A stretch of DNA of 63,480 nt, filler included, from Reclinomonas americana ATCC 50394 (Eukaryota): assembly GCA_048213135.1 (NCBI GenBank). It is 9 parts of 9 records of this genome, joined end to end, with 100 filler letters (N's around TTAATTAATTAA, not from the genome) between each part and the next. Parts side by side here need not be neighbours in the genome. Positions count along the whole stretch, not along the records: positions 1 to 14,946 come from AFZH01019600.1; 8 more parts are not named here. One strand, 5' to 3'. Below, in pieces: positions 1 to 10,562 of the stretch. Numbering within the stretch: position 1 is the stretch's first letter; every line of letters begins with the position of its first letter. The translations under genes were made by a program, and so were the position numbers. The notes beneath the pieces were generated by a model. That model searched no databases. It saw only the letters and a list, made by a program, of their open reading frames with translations, and was not told where the DNA came from.

Positions 1-276
1 TCTCTCAGTTGCTCACCTCGAGCTCCCCAGCAGCTGCTCAATTGTGATAATACTTCCAGTGATGGCGGTCTTTCTGTGTCTGCCTCGGCCTCGGCGCCTC
101 CTGCGTGGCTGCGCTCGCTCAATCCGTGGGTCGTATGGCTGCTGGAGATTGGCGCGTACACTGTGCAAATGACGTGCTTGTATCTGCTGATGTTGGCGGT
201 CATGTCGATGAACTTTTGGTTGCTGGTCGGCGTCTCGGCCGGCGTTGGTATCTCGATGCTGGCGTTGCCGAAGTGA
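1..276 (+). CDS. Ctr-family copper transporter, 3' part (5' end outside window)
   Basis: Frame 1 is open from base 1 to TGA at 276. It encodes YLLMLAVMSMNFWLLVGVSAGVG, the Ctr MxxxM motif followed by the GxxxG helix. Confidence 0.8.
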   Translation, partial: SLSCSPRAPQQLLNCDNTSSDGGLSVSASASAPPAWLRSLNPWVVWLLEIGAYTVQMTCLYLLMLAVMSMNFWLLVGVSAGVGISMLALPK

Positions 277-380
277 GCGCTTGTTCCTGTCTGGCGCTTG
301 AGTGAACGTCGCTTGTTGTTGTTGTGTTGAAGCTGTGTCCCCGTGCGCGCGTGATTGTGACTCCGAGTGGTGAGAGGCGA

Positions 381-1016
381 ATGTTTCACAACCCCGGTAA
401 CAGCGATCGCAAGTTGCTGGAGGAGATCGATGCGGGGCGCATGACAGAGCGCAACCTGGATGTGCGTCTTGCACGTGCGAGCGTGTGTTATGTGTGTGTG
501 TGTCACGCTGATCTCTTCGCTGGCGCAGGACCTCCTCGCGCTGCGTTCGCGGTACACGCTGGGTGGTGCGGTCTCGTGGAGAGAGATGTGTGCGCGTGTG
601 TCGGTGCTCACTCAGTGTGTGCGTGCAGGCATGGGCGGTGCAGTGGTCGGTGCGACTGGGAGCTACTTTGCGATGCGATTCATTCGTTTCGTATCTCTCT
701 TCTCTCTCTGTGTGTTCGTCTCTCTTGACACAGCTCACACGTGTTGGTGTGATTGCACAGCCGCGCTGTCTCAGATGACGGAGCGACGAGTGCCGATCGT
801 GCTCGGTTCGTGGATTGTGGCGATCGCCAGTGGCGACTTGTCTTGTCACTGACACGCAGTGTGTGTACTCGCGCAGCGTCGACCGTGGCCACAGCGTTCT
901 TGTCGTCGTACATTGCCGGTCGCATTCACTCGGCGGGCGTGCGAGCGGCGAGGCTGCGGGAACAGGAGGAACTGCGGCTGGCTCGGTTGTTGGCCGAGAC
1001 AGCAGAGGAGAAGTGA
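381..1016 (+). CDS. Small two-TM membrane protein, paralog A (spliced, ~5 exons)
   Basis: Spliced product MFHNPGNSDRKLLEE...GMGGAVVGATGSYFAMRFIPALSQMTERRVPIVLG...ASTVATAFLSSYIAGRIHSAGVRAARLREQEE*. It aligns by eye with the next gene. Confidence 0.65.
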
Positions 1017-1178
1017 AAGAGAGAGAGCAGTTGTTGAGCGGATTGCTGTTGCTTGTCGCTGCTTGCTTCCCCTAACGGCGTGGCCATGGTGGCCACCGTG
1101 CTGGTCTTGCGATTTAGTCCAATCGGTCTCTCGATTCCCTCTCAGTTTCTCATAGCACCCTCGAGCAGCAGCAACCAC

Positions 1179-1808
1179 ATGTCGAGCGACTTCCCCGACG
1201 TAAGCTCATCGCCCTTTGTGCCACAGCCGCAAACGCCTGCGGCACACGAGGCGGCGCAGCGAGATGTGGAGGTTCGTGATATGTCTTACATCGACCGCCG
1301 ACACTCACTTTGTACTTTGTCTCCAGCACATTCGCACTCTCCGTCCGCAATACATGGCCAGTGGTGTGTGTGTGTCTCTCTCACTGACCTCCACTGTCGA
1401 TCCGGGCTCACTGCTGCGCAGGGTTAACTGGTGCGGTTGCCGGTGGAGCCACCAGCTACGCACTCTTGCGCTTTGTTCGTTGCGTCCAGTATTCCTCTCG
1501 CTCTGCTCCGCCTCCCTCTATCTCTCTCTCTCTCTCGCCGACTCACCACCACTGCAGCACGTTTCTCGCGGCTGGCCGACCGTCGCGTTCCAATTGTCAT
1601 TGGTGAGCTGTCTCGGAGATTCTCTCGTCATCGCGCGCCCTTCTGCTCACATGATGCCGCCTGCAAGGATCGTCGGTGGTGGGCGCGCTCGTCACCTCCT
1701 ACATCGCCGGACGCATGTACACCACGGCCCTGCGGGATGCGAAGCTGCGCCTGCAGGAGTACGACAGTCGTCTCCGCTCCAGCGGCAGCACATCGATGCC
1801 GCACTGAC
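1179..1808 (+). CDS. Small two-TM membrane protein, paralog B (spliced, ~5 exons)
   Basis: Spliced product MSSDFPDV...LRPQYMASGLTGAVAGGATSYALLRFVPRFSRLADRRVPIVIGSSVVGALVTSYIAGRMYTTALRDAKLRLQEY...*. It shares motifs and approximate intron positions with 381-1016. Confidence 0.65.
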
Positions 1809-1883
1809 ATGCACCGCACCGATCGATCGTCTTCGCCTTTGTACACATTGTTCAAATATTGCGATTAAAAGAGAGGCAGCACT

Positions 1884-2049
1884 GTCAACAAGTGTCACTC
1901 CCTGTTCCTCCTCCCACCGCCATCGCCACAGCAGCAGCGGTCTCGGAGAAAATAGAGAAAAGCTGTCGCGACAAGAATCGCAGCGCCGTGTCTCTGCGCG
2001 GATCACCGAGCGGCCATGCCGCTGCCACCAGCGCGACCCGGACGACAAC
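1884..2049 (+). repeat. Direct repeat, left (decayed) copy of the GT61 5' region
   Basis: gtcaacaag...caccgccatcgccacagcagcagcggtctcgg...aaaatagagaaaagctgtcgcgaca...gtgtctctgcgcggatcaccga...gcgcgacccggacga recurs at 5868-6068. This copy has two short deletions. Confidence 0.9.
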
Positions 2050-2232
2050 TGCAGGATTAGATAGCACTCTAGCAGTGTTATTTTTCATCCCAAAAGCAAC
2101 ATGTTAACAGGATAATCGTGATCCCGATCGATATCATGATATCGATGCAAAAAAAGTAACAGCTGCCTTTATGACCAAGTCCAACCACATCCAAACAAAG
2201 AAAAGAACAGGAACATCTTGCCCCTCTCAAAT

Positions 2233-4725
2233 TTAAAACTTGGATGCGAAGATTGATAACTGGGCCATAATACGGTGAACGTACCGGCCCTGATTGTCAA
2301 AATAGCGGCCGATGGTATTTCGCACTTCCAGGTCATTATCTGCCTGGCTCCTAGCGCGCCAATGATGATGAGCACCAGCCACGCCACGACGCCGCATGTA
2401 AGTCGACGTACTGATGCGCTGGCCGCTGCGGACCTGCACATTAGCCGGCAAATCGTTGCCGAAGGATTGACGAAGCGTCAGAACGTTGGCGCCGGTGGGC
2501 CATCGCAGCGCAAGCACGAAATTCTCGGGTTCATGCGCGTCCACATACTGGATGGAGCACTGAATGAACAGCACCGTGAATTGGCCTGGCTGCACCCAAC
2601 CGGACAGTATTCTCAGCTGAGTCAACGCGTCAACATCGTTTTGAGTCGATCTTTCTGGGATTCGGCAACGGGCGTCAAGCTTCATAACCGCACTCTTGAG
2701 ATTTGCATCGACGGTATCAACTGCGGTGTGATTTCTAGTTAGAAATTACGATTCAACAAGGCTGCGACTGCACACGACACGAACCGCCTTTGCAGTATTG
2801 TTCCCAAGCAACTCGAGATAATATCTCCGCCACCACACCGACTCGAGTAAAGAGATTGACCAGCCTCGTGCTGAACAACTGATTCGCAACAGGCGAATGT
2901 GCAATCTACGAACAGACGTAAGGATGCGGAGAAGTGGGTGATGACGAACAACGAGGATAAAACAAACATGCGAAAGCTTGACAGGGTTCGGAAGCACGTC
3001 AGCGTCAAGAAGCGGAGGGTTCGTCGACGTGAACATGAGCTGAACATCATTCGCGGCGACTTTGAGAACCATCTTGCGGTCGATACGCCCACCGTCTGCT
3101 GGCCGAAGCTTTACAAACAGCTTTTCGCTGGATACGGTGGTTCCGTGTCCAGTTGAGTCCCAGGGAATCGAAAGCGCCTGTTCTTGCAAGTACTGGCGAA
3201 CCACGTCCGGGAGAATTTTACCCGACTGCGAGTACACGTGAGTGTGCTGCCCAGCGCGACCATTGTCCGTATGGTAGGTCCAAGTTTGCAGCAGATCTAC
3301 CACCCCCGAATTGTGGGTGGTGTCGGGCCTCAGACTGATGGCAAAGTCGCCGTAAAAGTCGTAAGCAGGGCCAACTGCAGCCTCAGTCAAGGATAACTCC
3401 ACAAACGACGGATGATGGCTACCAGGGTCCAAGAGAAAATAGCTGTCGCGAGCTCGGTCATCCGACACAATGTGCATAAGTACGGCACTATGGCCATCAG
3501 TCGCCACCACTTCACGACAATCTCTGAAGCGAGTTCCCTACAACAAGGAGAGTGCCATGAGAAGAAACTCAACAGAAGCACTGGAGAAGGTGAACATACC
3601 CGCAGTGCTCGACAAAGCATTTCCGACTTAAGTAGGCAATCTCCTGACACTAAGGGACCAAACTGTCCGGTAAAATATGCGTGCACTCGCGTCAGGTCGT
3701 CCAGACCAGGAGCCGGCGGCGCAGCCGGCTCCCAGGCATCGTTCACGTACTGGACTGGTGCGTAGTAGTCGAGGAACGTCAGGAGCGTTTCGAAGAGGGG
3801 ATCATTTCGAAAATGGTCCTCAGCAATGCCACGAAGTTGGTGCACGATGGCGTCAAACTCCGCGGTTGCGCATACAAGCGGCTAGAGTCCCGACGTCATG
3901 AGGAAATACTGCAAAATGCGACTTATTGCGACGAGCAACGACTTCGCAAACCGGTGGTAGAATGGAGCAAATGTCGGTCAGGAGGCAGTTAGGGCAGCCC
4001 ATCTGGACCAAGATAAGCGCGATGCGCTGCAAACATGCACAGCCGCGCTCGTGCAACAAGTCCAACTGTGGAGAAAGTCAGGACTGCTGCTTGCACGTCG
4101 AATGCATCAGGTGGACAGACCTCATTGACCGTCTGCAGGACTGGGTTGAGCGCAGCCAGCAATACGTCAGACACAAAGTTGTCGGCAGCATGGACCATTG
4201 GGCGAATCAAGTTGACGCTGTCATTCTGAAGGGCGTACAGCAGGGAGGGCACATCGGCGATGCCGTGACAACAATCGGAAACTGCTGTTAATGCCTCGGC
4301 CGTGTTGAAGGTCCACGATTCAAAAGTCGGCTGGGCTGGGAGTACGACCACGCCATGGCACACGGTTCTCAGACGCCCCAGGAGAGCAAGGCTCCACGCC
4401 TACAAACAACAATGTTGAAGATCAGAAAGGCGGCTTGCATCAACACACACACGCGCACCACCCATGTCGACATTTCGCTGAGATTGGTGCGATACTGGGA
4501 CATCTGCTCGTCAGTGATGGTGCAGCCAACGATGCCATCCTTCGCCAGAGCGAGCATAAATGCTGTTGCCGCTTCTCTCACGCCAGCAGGGACATGATGT
4601 CCACGCACAACAGCCAGCAGAGAGCCCAGATCGCCGTCTGCTGTACTTGCCAGGAGTACTTCCGGATTCAAGTGCTCAGGCTGTATGTTCACTCGAGCAG
4701 CACCCTGCTGCAGTGTATCGTCCAT
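2233..4725 (-). CDS. Orphan multi-exon protein with a putative transglutaminase/papain-like Cys-His-Asp triad
   Basis: ATG at 4725 (MDDTLQQGAARV). GT-AG introns join the ORF pieces to give SGDCLLKSEMLCRALR|GTRFRDCREVVATDGHSAVLMHI...YFLLDPG. The splicing of the 3' exons is not fully resolved. Confidence 0.5.
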
Positions 4726-4831
4726 GTGGAAGTGGAGGAAAAATAAAAATAGGCCAATTTCGTCCGTTGAGCCGATTCGGATTCGCTGTGATTGATTCTC
4801 ATTACACGCAACCAAACCGCGTGAGCTTACT

Positions 4832-4958
4832 ATGTCGATAGCACACACTGCGGCAGCCTCGAGTGCGGGCCCTGCTGGATACGTCGCCTCTGAGGTCTGT
4901 CTCTGTGTGTCTGTTGAGAAGCTCGTTTTGGTGTCAGTTGCCAGCTCTTTGAAAGAGA

Positions 4959-5008
<50 letters not shown>

Positions 5009-5754
5009 GTGTGCGTGTGCGTGTGCGTGTGCGTGTGCGTGGGTGGTGGGGGGTGTGGCTTTGTGGAGTTGATGTCTGATGGTCCATTTCTAGAGTCAAC
5101 CACACGCATACGCTGTTCCCGACGCCGTTCTGGTGGCATTGGTCGAATTCGGCGCAGGCGAGGAGGATAATGAGCTTTTTGGAGAGGCCACCGCGAAACA
5201 CCATCTCGTCGCCTTGGATCTGCGTGCCCAGGGTCGACAAGAACACGAGTTCGCTGTGCACCTGCTCTCGGTTGCTGTTGAAGAAGGCTTTCCTTTCCTG
5301 GAGGAAGATCAGCGTGATAAGTGCATGGCCCTTCTGGCGTACCACTTGCGCGATCTGCTGAGCATGCCCGACTTTGTGGCAAGACTAACAGAATTCGAAA
5401 GTTGCGTCATCCACCACGCTGTGGCCCTCGATTTTATCCGCGCTGACTCGTGGTGCACTGATACTCGCAGTTGACGTTTTGAAGAGCGTGCGTATGGATT
5501 GCGAGTTCTTCGCTAATCCCAAGCTTGACGCCGCGACACTGTTCAGTCCAGACGGCTTTGCAGTTCTCCACGGACTCGGGGAGAGAGTCCACTCCGGCAC
5601 GTCTAAGTTCGCCAAAGATGTTCTCAAGTGCATGGAGGCATTTGCCAGTAGTTTGCCCGAGGGCTATATCCAATCCCAGCCGATCATCGGAGCGTGGGAG
5701 ATGCTGTTAGAGCAGTGCCGCTCGTTTGATGCTCGCAGCGATCCCCACACGTGA
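4832..5754 (+). CDS. Orphan 3-exon protein, divergent from the 2233-4725 gene
   Basis: MSIAHTAAASSAGPAGYVASE|SQPHAYAVPDAVLVALVEFGAGEE...RLTEFE|IDVLKSVRMDCEFF...SDPHT*. Intron 1 holds the GT repeat and intron 2 starts at 5401 (GTTGCGT). Confidence 0.55.
4961..5040 (+). repeat. (GT)n/(GTGCGT)n microsatellite, intronic
   Basis: Directly visible tract. Confidence 0.95.
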
Positions 5755-5867
5755 GCGTCACAGACTTCCCAACAAATATACAGCTAATAATTGTTTTGTT
5801 CTCAATCGACTCGAGTCTGCATTCTTCCTTCATTCCCCACCTTGCGTTGCCTATTGTCACGAGGCAC

Positions 5868-6068
5868 GTCAACAAGCGTCACTCCTTGTTCCTCTCCCCA
5901 CCGCCATCGCCACAGCAGCAGCGGTCTCGGCAAAAATAGAGAAAAGCTGTCGCGACAGGAATCGCTGCGCCGTGTCTCTGCGCGGATCACCGAATGCGAA
6001 TGACCGTGGAGTCGCGGCCATGCCGCCGCCCACCAGCCGCGGCGTCCATGCGCGACCCGGACGATAAT
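5868..6068 (+). repeat. Direct repeat, right copy (upstream region and start of the GT61 gene)
   Basis: Matches 1884-2049 and retains the in-frame ATGs at 5994, 6000 and 6048. Confidence 0.9.
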
Positions 6069-7688
6069 AATGTGGCACTCCAGCAACAAGCACTGCTGGT
6101 CCCAGCACCACCACAACCGTCATCACTGCCGCTGCTGCAGAGCAACGATCACCCGCGACAATACTCACTGGTGGCACGGCAGCAGCGCCTGCTGTGCTGG
6201 TGGCGTGCAGCCGTGTTGGCGTGCCTCGGCACCTTTGTCGTGTTGTCACTGGTGGCGCCACTGGCCCCCCACCTTCTCGCCACACCCGTGTGCCCTGCTG
6301 CGGGCAATTTTGATCCGAATCACCATCGTGGCCTGCCGAACAAGTCGCGCTCGCCGCCAGACGGCAGCGGTCCGTCCATTCTCTGTTACCAGGACCACCT
6401 CAGCACCGGCATTGTGGAGTGGCCGCAGCTGCCAGTGGCGGCCGGTGTTAACGTCCTGTTTTCGGCCGGCGCCGGTCGGATTGAGCGACGACCGCCTGTG
6501 TCGCTGGAAACAGGTGCCGCACTCGCCTCCCTCGACCACGTGCTCACGCTGTTTGAGTCCAGCTACTGCGGCGACGACGTGTGCCATGTACGTTCGCTCC
6601 CACAGCACTACTGGACCACGTCGCGCGCCGAGGCCCTGGAAGACGAAACAGCCGATCATCGACCGTGCACGTGCGAGCGACCGATTGACGACGGTCGCTC
6701 CGTGCAGCTGTTGGCCTTTTCACAGGCGACGGTGGTGACGGACGGCACCGGTGCCGGTCGATTCATGTGGCGCACTCGCCACACCGGCGGCCACCACCCG
6801 CAGCAGCTGACGGCCTTTCATGCAGAGCTCGTGCAGCCGGTGGCGTATGTTCCGTGGCGGTCTCCTGCCCGTCGACATCATCGTCGCCTTGTCAACATGT
6901 GCCTCAACTGGGGTCGTCCGTGGCAGCACTTTCTCCTGCTCCAGCTGGGCCACGTGCTGCAGGCGGCCGATCACTTGCACGACGCTGCCTGGCTCGTCGG
7001 CAGCCGTGAGTCGCGGGCACTCCTGCTGCAGGCGCTTCGCGCAGCCGGTGTACGCGTCGATGCACGCAATGTGTGGCTGTGTGGTAGCGGCAGCAGCGGC
7101 GGCCAGGTGTATACCCACACGGCGGATACGATGCTGCTGTTGGGAGAGTTTCCGCTGTGGCCGCCCGATTATCCGAGTCGAGTGGCACTGGAGAGCACGC
7201 GGCTCCTCTTTGCGCAGCAGGATGCGGAAGACAACAGTCAACCGTCGTGCACGGTCCTGTACCTGGCACGACACAGCGACAGTCCACACCTATTAAGCAG
7301 CACACGCTACGTGGACGAGCGCATCGAGCAGCACCTGCTGCGCAGCCTGCGCCTCGCCCTGCCTTCGCACTGCGCCGTCACCGTTTTCGACGGCTCCCTG
7401 TCGCTCACCGAGCAAAGCAGAGTGGCGCACCTCTTCGAAAGCGCCACCGCCGTGCTCGGACCACACGGCGGCGCCTTTGCCAACACGGTGCACTGTCGGA
7501 GCGACACACTGGTGATTGAGATTGCCGATCCGCGACAGTGGACCGGCTACTGGCACGTGGCACAGGCGCTGCAGTTGCGCCACCGACTGGTCCCAGTGCG
7601 CCTCGATGCGCATGGCGTCTTTCGGTACCTCCCGGTCGAGGATATCGTCGCTGCAGTGGTGGAAAGGATCGAGGAAGTGGTGAAATGA
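5994..7688 (+). CDS. Glycosyltransferase family 61 (DUF563) type II membrane protein, intronless
   Basis: 564-aa ORF with an N-terminal TM helix (AAVLACLGTFVVLSLVAPLAP) and the C-terminal motif FESATAVLGPHGGAFANTVHCRSDTLVIEI typical of GT61. The start may be 5994, 6000 or 6048. Confidence 0.8.
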   Translation: MRMTVESRPCRRPPAAASMRDPDDNNVALQQQALLVPAPPQPSSLPLLQSNDHPRQYSLVARQQRLLCWWRAAVLACLGTFVVLSLVAPLAPHLLATPVCPAAGNFDPNHHRGLPNKSRSPPDGSGPSILCYQDHLSTGIVEWPQLPVAAGVNVLFSAGAGRIERRPPVSLETGAALASLDHVLTLFESSYCGDDVCHVRSLPQHYWTTSRAEALEDETADHRPCTCERPIDDGRSVQLLAFSQATVVTDGTGAGRFMWRTRHTGGHHPQQLTAFHAELVQPVAYVPWRSPARRHHRRLVNMCLNWGRPWQHFLLLQLGHVLQAADHLHDAAWLVGSRESRALLLQALRAAGVRVDARNVWLCGSGSSGGQVYTHTADTMLLLGEFPLWPPDYPSRVALESTRLLFAQQDAEDNSQPSCTVLYLARHSDSPHLLSSTRYVDERIEQHLLRSLRLALPSHCAVTVFDGSLSLTEQSRVAHLFESATAVLGPHGGAFANTVHCRSDTLVIEIADPRQWTGYWHVAQALQLRHRLVPVRLDAHGVFRYLPVEDIVAAVVERIEEVVK

Positions 7689-7740
7689 AAACGCAGGCGT
7701 TTCCGTACAGTACTTGTCAGCGACCATCTTTGTTTGTTGA

Positions 7741-9059
7741 ATGCGTTTTGTGCGACTTGGCAGTGGTGGAGAGGCGTCTCTGGTGCCGTTTGAGGGCCAG
7801 ACAGTGGTGGTGGTGAGTGGACTCACACAGAGAGAGAGAGAGAGAGAGCGGGCAGAGAGCGACTGGAGCAAGTGTGTGAGGAAAGCATCAGCATGGCGGG
7901 AGTGGCGAGGAGAGTTGTCTCCGTGTCTATGCATCTGCTTCAGTGTCATCGAGTGTGCATGCTCCGACATGCGTGTGTGTGCGTGAGAGAGAGATGACTT
8001 GAGTTGTCCACTCTATCATGCGCATCTCTGTCTTTCTCTCTCTCTCTCACTCTCTCCTCGCCTCTGTGTGTGTGCACCCTGCTGCCCTTCCACACGCACA
8101 CGCACACACAACGGCATTCTCCCACACTTACATTCCCCCGTCATTTCCCTGTGATAACAATGCTCTCATACATGCATGCAGCCGACCCTCGGCACCGGCA
8201 ACCTCGGTCAACTGGTCGTCGACCTGCTGATCAGCAACCTGTGCCCCAGTGCAGCCTCGCCAACCACCTGCGGTGTGCGTCGCGTGGGCCTGCTGGACAC
8301 ACCACACGTGCTTCCCTTTGCCTCGGCCGACCCGTACATGTCTCCGAGCGCCACTGCCTCCTCCAAGAAGAGCAAACGTCGTGCTGCTCCTGCTGCTGCC
8401 TCAGCAGCGAGTGAGTCAGTGCACCAGGAGCCCATGCACTTTGCGCTGGAGGTGTACCAGGCGGCAGAGGCGCCCATTACGCTGCTGCAGCTGCGCTCGC
8501 CGATTCGACGCGGGCGCACTGAGGACTTTTCGCGCGAGTTGAGCGCGTGGATTGCGGAGCAGCGCTTCTCGCGTGTGCTGGTGGCCGCCGGTGGCAATGC
8601 CTCGTGGTCGGCCGATGCTGACATTGAAGGGTACGCGAACGGTGCCTGTGTGTGTCAGTAAGTGGTGAGACTCATTGCGTGTGTGGCAGGCCGCATCTGT
8701 GCACGCTCGGGCACAAGGAGTGGGCCGACGCACTGCCGGCTCCTCTTCCGCACCTGGACCACGCCTCGCCACAAGCTCACCTGTACTACGGCTCACGCAG
8801 CCCACTGGTGCTGCTGCTGAACGCGCTCTCGGCCGAGGCCGATGCCGCCGCTCGGTTACCCTCACTGGTTGTCTCGCGTCTCTGCAACGAGGGCGACAAC
8901 ACCGCCGATGCGTTCATCCTGGCCGAGTTGGCACTGGCCGCACTGACCAGCGTGCTTGGCGAGAGGCCTCCGTTGGCTCCTGAGTGGCGCATGCCCACGA
9001 GCTGGTCGCTGCTGTTCGGACCGTCTCTGTCCATGTCGGGCGCGAGCGACATCTTCTGA
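7741..9059 (+). CDS. PSMG2: Proteasome assembly chaperone 2 (PAC2 family)
   Basis: MRFVRL...FEGQTVVV|PTLGTGNLGQLVVDLLISNL...LQLRSP...CNEGDNTADA...WRMPTSWSLLFGP. These are PAC2 motifs. Confidence 0.85.
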
Positions 9060-9115
9060 CAGAGAACGAAGACAAGATCGAGTGTGGGCGACAACGTAGT
9101 TAGTGAATCGATCTC

Positions 9116-10493
9116 ATGGCAGCTGCATCAGTGGGCGAGGGAGAGAAGAGTGCATCGCGTGAGCAGGTGGAGCTCATTGCAGCTGCGGATGAGTTCTTTC
9201 GCGTGTCCACACCTCCACGTTGCACAGACGAGGTCTGTGTTTGTGCAACAGCACGCGCGCTTATCTCCTTCACTGATGTGCACTCTCTTTCGCTGCATCA
9301 GCTGCGGCAAGAGGTGGAGGCCTTTTGCAGCATGCACGCTGCGAGTGGTCGCCGATTGGTGTGTGTGACCAGTGGAGGCACCACTGTGCCTCTGGAGCGC
9401 AACACTGTGCGCTTTATCAGCAACTTCTCGTCGGGGACACGAGGCGCAGCCTCAGTAGAGTTAAGAGAGAGACACGCACACACACAAAGAGAGACTTTTG
9501 TGCTCATTGATTGATATCTTTTGATTAGGTACTTTATCCGAGCTGGCTATGCTGTGGTGTTCCTCAATCGACGCTTCTCGATCCAGCCCTATAACAGGCA
9601 TATTCTCGAGGCGAAAACGAACGTATTAGACTTGGTGCGAGTCGACGAGAGCGGGCGCATCGTTGGTGTGTGAGGGAGACATTGTTGGCGAGGCCAGGTG
9701 ACATACAATACCTACTGGTGTGTATTGCAGTGTCGGAGGAGACGCAGCATACGCAGTTCCCGCGAGTAGTGGCCGAGTACCACGAGGCCATGTCGCAGAA
9801 ACTGCTGCTGCGGGTGCCGTTTGAGACGGTGTTTGAGTACTTGTTCTTCCTGCGCGTGGTTTGTGAGGCGTTTGCGCCGCACGGTCGCTCGACCATGGTG
9901 TACTTGGCGGCGGCTGTCTCCGACTTTTATGTTCCCGAGGCAGCCATGGTATGCACGTGTGCGTGCGTGCCTGTGTCGTTGTTGTGGTCGTGCCCTCATG
10001 TGTGGCGCGCAGCCCGAGCACAAGATCCAGTCGTCGGCGGGACCGCCACCGATTGCGTTGCAGGAGGTGCCGAAGATGCTGCAGATGATTCGCTTTCGCT
10101 GGGCGCCCGAGGCCTATATTGTGTCCTTCAAGGTGAGGTTCATCGAAGAGGGGAAAGGAGGAGACGACGGCCTCACTCAATCGCGCCGCAGTTGGAGACC
10201 GACATTTCGTTGCTGGAGAAGAAGTCGCGCGACGCCATTGCACGGTACGACGTGAATAGCGTGGTGGCCAACATGCTGCAGAGCTACAAGGAGTGGGTGG
10301 TGGTGTATCGCGCCGACGGTGGCGAATCACGATTGTCGCGAGTAGATGGCGAGGAGCTGGAAAAGGTGCCTGCACAGCCGGCTCGTGCGCGAAAGCTGCC
10401 AACTCACGTGCATGTGTTTTTTTCCCGCAGCCCCTGGTGCACACGCTCGTGCAGTTTCACGACGACTGGGTCCTCACTGGCGAGACGACGTAG
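9116..10493 (+). CDS. PPCS: Phosphopantothenate--cysteine ligase
   Basis: [59 protein letters not shown]; several GT-AG introns. Confidence 0.92.
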
Positions 10494-10562
10494 CGGCCGG
10501 CACGACAGACGAAAACCAACAAAAACAATAAAATGCAGATTTTGGGTTCATTCGTTCATTCG

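Noticed and set aside
2060..2160. Helitron 3' end
   Set aside because: There is no CTRR about 10-15 nt from the palindrome on either strand, and no Rep/helicase.
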